Part shown: positions 54,885 to 64,000 of the stretch, one piece after another | How positions within the stretch are numbered: the first letter of the stretch is position 1 | How the letters are laid out: every line of letters starts with the position of its first letter | From: Haliotis rufescens | Lineage: Eukaryota | Direction of reading: 5' to 3' | Length of the DNA stretch: 64,000 nucleotides | Assembly (NCBI RefSeq): GCF_023055435.1 | Contig: NW_025963779.1 | Span: 38,440,001 to 38,504,000, forward strand | Program-made: the position numbers and the translations under genes | Notes under the pieces: generated by a model | Told to the model about the DNA's origin: nothing | The model's input: only the letters and a program-made list of their open reading frames with translations | Database searches by the model: none

Positions 54885-55620
54885 ATTTTTGTTCAACATG
54901 ATCCCCTTCGAAGTCCTCATAGAACAATCCTGGAGTGCCCGCACCACATTGGTGTAGACAGCTTCCTCCTGGTGGTGTAAAAAGTCCTCCACAGCAAATA
55001 GCGTCCTCATCATTGGCATAACTCTTGCCAGACGGTTACAAATCTAGTGATTACATACTTGTGCACAGGTGCATTGTCCTGGTGGAACAACACTCCCTTA
55101 GTGTGTTTTCCACAATCATTAGCCTTTGATTCTCAGATGCAGTTGCCTGAGTAGATCAGCTAGATTTTTGCCATTAATGGTCTCATCTTTCAGGAGGTAG
55201 TCCACCAGTAGGATTCCTTTGGAATCCCAGAAAACTGAAGCCATCCCCTTGCCAGTTGATGGAAGAGACTGCCCTGTCCGTCAGAGGAGATGGTGGATAT
55301 TTCCACGGCTTTGACGGTTGTTTAGGTCCAGGCTGATAGTGGTGAACCCAAGACTCAATGGTTACCAATCACTCAACAAATCAACTGGGCCAGCTTGAAA
55401 ACAACGTAAGTTCTCACTAGAGATGATGAACTTGGAACAATTCTGATCAGAAGTCAGAAGCTAGGGAACCCAGCATGCTGAAAACCCAGTTCATTCCTCA
55501 GAATGTTGTCAATGATGTCAATGATGCCTACAGAAAGCTGCTACCTGGTCATGTATTTCGTGTCAAATGTCGCCTGTAAGCATGGAAATTATTGTACATA
55601 ATACATGTGTTAAGGGATTA
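54885..55620 (-). pseudogene. mariner (DD34D-type) transposase remnant
   Basis: VTIESWVHHYQP..KQPSKPWK, GKGMASVFWDSKGILLVDYL and GVLFHQDNAPVH motifs with stops and frameshifts. Confidence 0.85.
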
Positions 55621-56359
55621 TACATCCATAGTAGGTAGGCTCAGAACTTCTCAGCCACAAATCATCACGCACTTGAGGTTGTTTCAACGAGGATGTTTCA
55701 ATGCCTAGCATTAGCATCAAACAAGCATCTTACAGAGATGCATAAAAACCTTTATATATGCTGCACATATACTGACAATGACTGAAAATATGAACACAAT
55801 AGCATTGAATACGTTCATCTAATATCAGAACAGATGCTCTGAACGGATCACTGATTTCTTTCATTTGAAACCTTGCAGTATACTGTGTAATATTGGCTTT
55901 GTCTTAATCATGGTCATACCAAACTTCAGCCACAAAATAAAATGATTTTATTTCATAAGGCCTATTCAAGGCAATGATCTCACTTCAAGGCTTTAAAGTA
56001 AGACCCAAGTGCACTATCAAACAGATTTATTAGGGCATTCTTGCCATATTTCATTGTGCATCCAAATGCACCATAAAATATTCATGTCCACATACCAATG
56101 TTACCTGTAGTGGGGTGGGAGGGGTAAGCATTAAAACTGAATTTGGAACTTACCATGCATGTTAAACAATTGAAGAAGCTATATAATACTGTTTTCTGTC
56201 CAAACCTACATGTGACATCGAACATAACAAAATATACCACTTCTTCCACTTTTACTGTTATCTGAACTGTTTTTCAATAATTTTGTCTGATATTCCCCTA
56301 TTCCACCTGGTATAACTTCTTTGAGTGGCATTTAGAAGTTGGAATGGTAACTAAGACAA

Positions 56360-56560
56360 AATTGTTATGGATGAGCAACTCCTTTATTACAATTGGGCGA
56401 CGTTTCGGTGTAGATTCTAACAACGTTATCAAGCAAATGATACTATACTCAGAACGGACAAGACATGCAAGATCCAGACTAATGGCTGAAGTAACTAACC
56501 AGACCTGCAAATAATGGACGAAGATCATGTCTAACCCTGCCAGCTCTAGCTCTGTTTCCA
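56360..56560 (-). mobile_element. Probable Penelope-like pseudo-LTR fragment
   Basis: Minus strand cttgataac-stem-cgaaacgtcg followed by aataaa. Confidence 0.45.
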
Positions 56561-57064
56561 TCAAATCTCATTACAGTCAGATCTTAGTTCACGCTACTGC
56601 TAAACAAAGATCTGAGGACATCCTATTTCAGGTCAGATCAGAACGACTGAAAAGATGTCAATGTTAGCCAATCAGAAAGTAGCTGCTCTTGGCTTACAGG
56701 ACTTGTTTCAAAACGGCAACTTCCATTCCAGACCAGATAAGGTAGAACTGAGATCTGATTATTATGAAATTGTGTTACCACTATGACTGGAACTGGTACA
56801 AGAGTGTAGCCACATATATCCATTGTGACTGGAGCTGTGTAGCTCCCAAGACAGCTACTCTTATCGTGCTGTTGTGTCCACCTTCCTGTAAGTGCTTGCC
56901 ATCTGTTACCATGGTGGTGGAGCTGTGTATCTTGCTGCTGTACACAAGTGCTGCTGTTGTTGTGCTGTTGTGTTCGCCTCCTGGCAAGAGTGTCCACCTG
57001 TGACCACAGCTGTGTATGTAGAGGTATGGTGAGAGGGGCTTCTATGTATGTAGGGATGAGTACA

Positions 57065-58725
57065 GACACATGAGGGCGGATATAGTTATATAGTGTGATG
57101 AATGTAGGGGAATGGTGGGCTGGGGTGGGAGGGGTAAGCATGATCACGGACACATGAGGGCGGATATAGTTATATAGTGTGATGAATGTAGGGGAATGGT
57201 GGGCTGGGGTGTGAGAGGTAAGCATGATCACGGACACATGAGGACGGATATACTTATATAGTGTGATGAATGTAGGGGAATGGTGGGCTGGGGTGGGAGG
57301 GGTAAGCATGATCACGGACACATGAGGGCGGATATAGTTATATAGTGTGATGAATGTAGGGGAATGGTGGGCTGGGGTGTGAGAGGTAAGCATGATCACG
57401 CACACATGAGGACGGATATACTTATATAGTGTGATGAATGTAGGGGAATGGTGGGCTGGGGTGGGAGGGGTAAGCATGATCACTGACACATGAGGGTTGA
57501 TATAGTTATATAGTGTGACACATGAGGGCGGATATAGTTATATAGTGTGATGAATGTAGGGGAATGGTGGGCTGGGGTGGGAGGGGTAAGCATGATCACG
57601 GACACATGAGGGCGGATATAGTTATATAGTGTGATGAATGTAGGGGAATGGTGGGCTGGGGTGTGAGAGGTAAGCATGATCACGGACACATGAGGACGGA
57701 TATACTTATATAGTGTGATGAATGTAGGGGAATGGTTGGCTGGGGTGGGAGGGGTAAGCATGATCACGGACACATGAGGACGGATATACTTATATAGTGT
57801 GATGAATGTAGGGGAATGGTTGGCTGGGGTGGGAGGGGTAAGCATGATCACGGACACATGAGGCCGATATAGTTATATAGTGTGATGAATGTAGGAGAAT
57901 GGTGGGCTGGGGTGTGAGGGGTAAGCATGATCACTAACACATGAGGGCGGATATACTTATATAGTGTGATGAATGTAGGGGAATGGTGGGCTTGGTTGGG
58001 AAGGGTAAGCATGATCACGGACACATGAGGGCGGATATAGTAATATAGTGTGATGAATGTAGGGGAATGGTGGGCTGGGGTGTGAGGGGTAAGGATGATC
58101 ACTGACACATGAGGGCGGATATACTTATATAGTGTGATGAATGTAGGGGAATGGTGGGCTTGGTTGGGAAGGGTAAGCATGATCACGCACACATGAGGGC
58201 GGATATACTTATATAGTGTGATGAATGTAGGGGAATGGTGGGCTGGGGTGGGAGGGGTAAGCATGATCACAGACACATGAGGGCGGATATAGTTATATAG
58301 TGTGATGAATGTAGGAGAATGGTGGGCTGGGGTGTGAGGGGTAAGCATGATCACGAACACATGAGGGCGGATATACTTATATAGTGTGATGAATGTAGGG
58401 GAATGGTGGGCTTGGTTGGGAAGGGTAAGCATGATCACGCACACATGAGGGCGGATATAGTAATATAGTGTGATGAATGTAGGGGAATGGTGGGCTGGGG
58501 TGTGAGGGGTAAGCATGATCACTGACACATGAGGGCGGATATAGTAATATAGTGTGATGAATGTAGGGGAATGGTGGGCTGGGGTGTGAGGGGTAAGCAT
58601 GATCACTGACACATGAGGGCGGATATAGTAATATAGTGTGATGAATGTAGGGGAATGGTGGGCTGGGTGGGAGGGGTAAGCATGATCACGGACACATGAA
58701 GGCGGATATAGTAATATAAGGTGAT
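57065..58725. repeat. 84-bp G-rich minisatellite, ~20 copies
   Basis: Period 84 (57071 to 57155), giving the 28-aa period seen in the ORFs. Confidence 0.95.
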
Positions 58726-58869
58726 GGAAAAATGCTTGCTTGTAGCATGAGCAATGTTGACACACAATCAGTGACAGGTCACATCTTGTGATCATAAAAT
58801 TCTCCTCTTAATCAGCACTTACAGCAAGCTGGTGTTTTGGGGACCATGTTGGTCATAAGATAAATAAAT

Positions 58870-59285
58870 TTATTACGTGCGAGAGCAAACATATCGGGCA
58901 TAGAAATCATGTGCCCTAGGGTCATATCACGTCACGAGACAACAGTGTATTGTTTCCGTCATCTGGAAAGCATTGTTGACGTCATTCAAATCTTATTGTG
59001 AAATGAGGTCGGAATGACGTCACACTAGAAACAACGTCATAGCTGAAGAATATTGACGTCATTTGACAAATTGTGGTTCCACTGCTGTTGCAACTTGCTG
59101 TTCTTATAGGTAGATACTAAAAATTTTCTCTGTATGTAGACATCTTCGTCGGTAATAAATAGAACATTATAACATGACATTGTTCATGTCATACCATGTT
59201 TACCACACTCGTGCCAAAAACCAGGATTTAGACACTCTTGTCGTAAACATAATATGACATGAACACTCATATAATATCCTCTATA
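58870..59285. mobile_element. Non-autonomous element with tgacgtca motifs and a long 3' hairpin
   Basis: Stem catgtcataccatgtttac / gtaaacataatatgacatg (~59185-59261). Confidence 0.5.
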
Positions 59286-59537
59286 TACTTCCCTGTAAAA
59301 TCAAGTTGACTATAGTTGCAATTTCTGCTGTATGAAAGCAAAGTTAAGAAGTCCTTACATTTGCAATAAAAACGTGTTTGTCTTCCACAGAAAAAAATTA
59401 CATCATTTACCTTCAGTGAATTCAGGGAAACGAACAGATCATAACAATTAAACTTGGTCAATACAAATTTAAAAGTTTGAGACAAAAAAACACTAGACAT
59501 GATCATCTACCGATTAAATTGTATTTCCTGTTCTGAT

Positions 59538-60277
59538 AGGCATTGTTTTATATGCAGAGATTAAGATTACCAAGTATATTTTTTTCTTGTAGACTAAGCT
59601 GGAAGTAGCAATCAGCTGTACACTCTGAATCTACCGGTGATTTGGTTAATAATTACCCAATAATATAACTTTAAAGACTTTTGATTCAATAATCGAAAGA
59701 ACTGAATCTGAAACAATTATTTTATTCGGAATAACTTATTCCAATATCATAGTATTTTAGTAGTATTTTACTTTATATATTTGAAATAAATAACCATAAG
59801 CGTTAGCACTTTGGTACACCTGATCGCTATTGCCGGATATTTTTTTCGCATGGAACAATTTGACCAATCACCGCCGATGCTTCCGCGCTCGCGATAGTGA
59901 AAACTCTATGTTGACAAATAATAGTCAACTACAACAAATATGACTTTCAGCGAGTCAAAGTATGACATTTATGATATATATATATCCATTCTCTATCCAC
60001 TAAAGTTTGTTTCAAGGTGTCAATAGCGGAAATATGACTGTGGTTGCTGTAAATAACGGTGAGTTGTGCGATCTTCTGATCATTTCACATGTGATTTTGC
60101 CGAAATGAAAATAATCAATATTGAATGAAATGTTGAATAAAATTAATAAAATAGATTACAAACGTAAGTCCAGATATATAATGAACTGTTTTTTATAACC
60201 AGTGTAATTACATGATTAGTTTGTGTACTTCATTACTGATTTGTTGACTTGGTATTTCCGGTGTTACATGCTCACAG
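59538..60277. mobile_element. Interspersed ~750-bp core repeat, copy 3
   Basis: Colinear with 13208-13955 and 38447-39178. Confidence 0.85.
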
Positions 60278-61292
60278 TTATGTCTGTGTTGGGGGGAAAA
60301 ACATCCAAACTCTTCAACCCTGTGTATAAGACAACCCCCCTTGAAAGCCCCCTAATTTGAGGTACAATAAACTCGCCTTATACACAGCGACATACGGCAT
60401 GTTAATTCAATTTACATTGTCTTAAGAACATTGCATGATTTCAAACTGTACATGAATCAGAGGAGGACATCAACTGATTACATTCATAACGAGATGGGTG
60501 AACATAAAATCTTTGACAAATAATTTTTTCCCAAACGACATTATGAGCATTACAAATCATAACTCATCTTCTATACTTTTTACAATTACATAATCCACAC
60601 ACCTGCAGTTCTCTTGGTTGCCGAATATATCTTCTTGTTTCTATTTTTAATTGGTGTGAACTACATCTGAAACGAGCCAGGGCCACTCTAAATTTTGAAA
60701 CAGTTATATCATAACCTTAAGACTCAACTCCGTGCAAAAGAAAGTATATCAAGGGCATAACTATAGGTTCTGGTGTCCCCAAGGAGTACATCATGTATTA
60801 TTAGTGTTAAAATAATTATGTGTGCCATTATCAGCTTGACCACATCGTCTCAGACCACTGGCTGTAGTCACTGACTGCACACTTTGTCATGAATATAGTT
60901 CATGCTGATCGACATGACAGAGCACCTCTGCAACCTGTTTTTTGTTTTAACATATGTCACAAGATCAGAAAATAACATTATAAAGGTAACCATACATTTG
61001 AAAATTTCGCCATTATGAATCAAAACAATCTGAAATGTAAAATATATGCAAACTAACCCTTTCTGGAAAACTCAAGACACTGAAATGGTCTCATGTTAGA
61101 TTAAAACTATGGCAATGTCCATCAGCTGCCCCATATTCCATGCTTCATTATCACTGAGCTGATGTCCACTGATAGAAAAGTGGGGACACATGTTGCAATA
61201 TCATTAAACATAATATACGTGAAACCTGATGCCAATGTAGATTAGAAACTCAGCCTGAGGCGACAATAAATTTATTTTTATTCATTTTCATG

Positions 61293-64000
61293 AATACTGG
61301 TGACCTAGTCAGCTCTTACAGTTACAGCAAGCATGGGATACTGGTGACCTTGTTAGCTCTTACAGCAAGCATGGGATACTGGTGACCTTGTCAGCTCTTA
61401 CAGTTACAGCAAGCATGGGATACTGGTAACCTAGTAAGCTCTTACAGCAAGCATGGGATACTGGTGACCTTGTCAGCTCTTACAACAAGTAAGGGATACT
61501 GGTGACCTAGTCAGCTCTTACAGCAAGCATGGGATACTGGTGACCTAGTCAGCTCTTACAACAAGCATGGAATACTGGTGACCTAGACAGCTCTTACAGC
61601 AAGCAAGGGATACAGGGGACCTAGTCAGCTCTTACAGCAAGCATGGGATACTGGTGACCTTGTCAGCTCTTACAGTTACAGCAAGCATGGGATACTGGTG
61701 ACCTAGTCAGCTCTTACAGCAAGCATGGGATACTGGTGACCTAGTCAGCTCTTACAGCAAGCATGGGATACTGGTGACCTTGTCAGCTCTTACAGCAAGC
61801 ATGGGATACTGGTGACCTTGTCAGCTCTTACAACAAGCAAGGGATACTGGTGACCTAGTCAGCTCTTACAACAAGCATGGGATACTGGTGACCTTGTCAG
61901 CTCTTACAACAAGTAAGGGATACTGGTGACCTAGTCAGCTCTTACAGCAAGCAAGGGATACAGAGGACCTAGTCAGCTCTTACAGCAAGCATGGGATACT
62001 GGTGACCTTGTCAGCTCTTACAGTTACAGCAAGCATGGGATACTGGTGACCTTGTCAGCTCTTACAGCAAGCATGGGATACAGGTGACCTTGTCAGCTCT
62101 TACAACAAGTAAGGGACTGGTGACCTTGTCAGCTCTTACAGCAAGCATGGGATACTGGTGACCTAGTCAGCTCTTACAGCAAGCATTGGATACTGGTGAC
62201 CTTGTCAGCTTTTACAGCAAGCATGGGATACTGGTGAACATGTCAGCTCTTACAACAAGCAAGGGATACTGGTCACCTAGTCAGCTCTTACAACAAGCAT
62301 GGGATACTGGTGACCTTGTCAGCTCTTACAACAAGTAAGGGATACTGGTGACCTAGTCAGCTCTTACAGCAAGCAAGGGATACAGGGGACCTAGTCAGCT
62401 CTTACAGCAAGCATGGGATACTGGTGACCTTGTCAGCTCTTACAGTTACAGCAAGCATGGGATACTGGTGACCTTGTCAGCTCTTACAACAAGTAAGGGA
62501 TACTGGTGACCTAGTCAGCTCTTACAACAAGCATGGGATACTGGTGACCTAGTCAGCTCTTACAGCAAGCATGGGATACTGGTGACCTTGTCAGCTCTTA
62601 CAGCAAGCATGGGATACTGGTGACCTTGTCAGCTCTTACAACAAGCATGGGATACTGGTGACCTGGTCAGCTCTTACAACAAGCATGGGATACTGGTGAC
62701 CTAGTCAGCTCTTACAGCAAGCATGGGATACTGGTGACCTTGTCAGCTCTTACAGCAAGCAAGGGATACAGTGGACCTAGTCAGCTCTTACAGCAAGCAT
62801 GGGATACTGGTGACCTTGTCAGCTCTTACAACAAGCATGGGATACTGGTGACCTTGTCAGCTCTTACAGCAAGCATGGGATACTGGTGACCTTGTCAGCT
62901 CTTACAACAAGCATGGGATACTGGTGACCTAGTCTGCTCTTACAGCAAGTAAGGGATACTGGTGACCTAGTTAGCTCTTACAACAAGCATGGGATACTGG
63001 TGACCTTGTCAGCTCTTACAACAAGCATGGGATACTGGTGACCTAGTCAGCTCTTACAACAAGCATGGGATACTGGTGACCTTGTCAGCTCTTACAACAA
63101 GCATGGGATACTGGTGACCTTGTCAGCTCTTACAACAAACATGGGATACAGGGGACCTAGTCAGCTCTTACAACAAGCATGGAATACTGGTGACCTTGTC
63201 AGCTCTTACAGCAAGCATGGGGTACTGGTGACCTTGTCAGCTCTTACAGTTACAGCAAGCATGGGATACTGGTGACCTTGTCAGCTCTTACAACAAGCAT
63301 GGGATACTGGTGACCTAGTCAGCTCTTACAACAAGTAAGGGATACTGGTGACCTAGTCAGCTCTTACAACAAGCATGGGATACTGGTGACCTAGTCAGCT
63401 CTTACAGCAAGCATGGGATACTGGTGACCTTGTCAGCTCTTACAACAAGCATGGGATACTGGTGACCTTGTCAGCTCTTACAGCAAGCATGGGATACTGG
63501 TGACCTTGTCAGCTCTTACAACAAGCATGGGATACTGGTGACCTAGTCCGCTCTTACAGAAAGTAAGGGATACTGGTGACCTAGTTAGCTCTTACAACAA
63601 GCATGGGATACTGGTGACCTTGTCAGCTCTTACAACAAGCATGGGATACTGGTGACCTAGTCAGCTCTTACAACAAGCATGGGATACTGGTGACCTTGTC
63701 AGCTCTTACAACAAGCATGGGATACTGGTGACCTAGTCAGCTCTTACAACAAACATGGGATACAGGGGACCTAGTCAGCTCTTACAACAAGCATGGAATA
63801 CTGGTGACCTAGTCAGCTCTTACAGCAAGCATGGGGTACTGGTGACCTTGTCAGCTCTTACAGTTACAGCAAGCATGGGATACTGGTGACCTTGTCAGCT
63901 CTTACAGCAAGCATGGGATACTGGTGACCTTGTCAGCTCTTACAACAAGTAAGGGATACTGGTGACCTAGTCAGCTCTTACAACAAGCATGGGATACTGG
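61293..64000. repeat. 38-bp minisatellite (gcaagcatgggatactggtgacctagtcagctcttaca) with 44-bp variants, SINE-derived, runs off the window end
   Basis: About 70 copies. 31/38 identity to SINE family 1 at 12302-12339. Confidence 0.95.

Noticed and set aside
56638-58795. 28-aa repeat protein ORFs
   Set aside because: These are translations of an intronic 84-bp satellite, interrupted by frameshifts.
60603-60666. Candidate upstream UBA6 exon (tttcag|...gcag|gtgtgt), also candidates at ~56690-56790 and ~60934
   Set aside because: The translations do not match the expected TIHD...DLGTNFFL...NR segment, and some frames contain stops.

Overview
Animal genomic DNA, AT-rich and repeat-dense. The repeat families suggest a mollusc, probably an abalone-like gastropod (inference). 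The whole window appears to lie inside one minus-strand gene, an E1 ubiquitin-activating enzyme that best fits UBA6. Six short GT-AG exons (613 coding bp in total, under 1% of the window) join in frame, and the gene's ends lie outside the window. The introns hold about 13 minisatellite arrays (roughly a third of the window), several SINE families, a decayed two-gene TTAA transposon (Kolobok-like) with its internally deleted MITE, a mariner remnant and several non-autonomous elements. All long ORFs in the track, including the 1782-aa one, are tandem-repeat artefacts. The most striking observation is a ~5.2-kb array at 14283-19530 built from ~150 copies of the 3' splice site plus the first 18-19 nt of the exon it abuts, so the gene must splice past a field of decoy acceptors. 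Other notable items: a 38-bp satellite derived from a SINE segment, a G-quadruplex-type 84-bp array, and CTCF-like motifs and a P2X7-C-terminus-like gene remnant in the Kolobok-like element. No searches were run, and family assignments come from motif recall.
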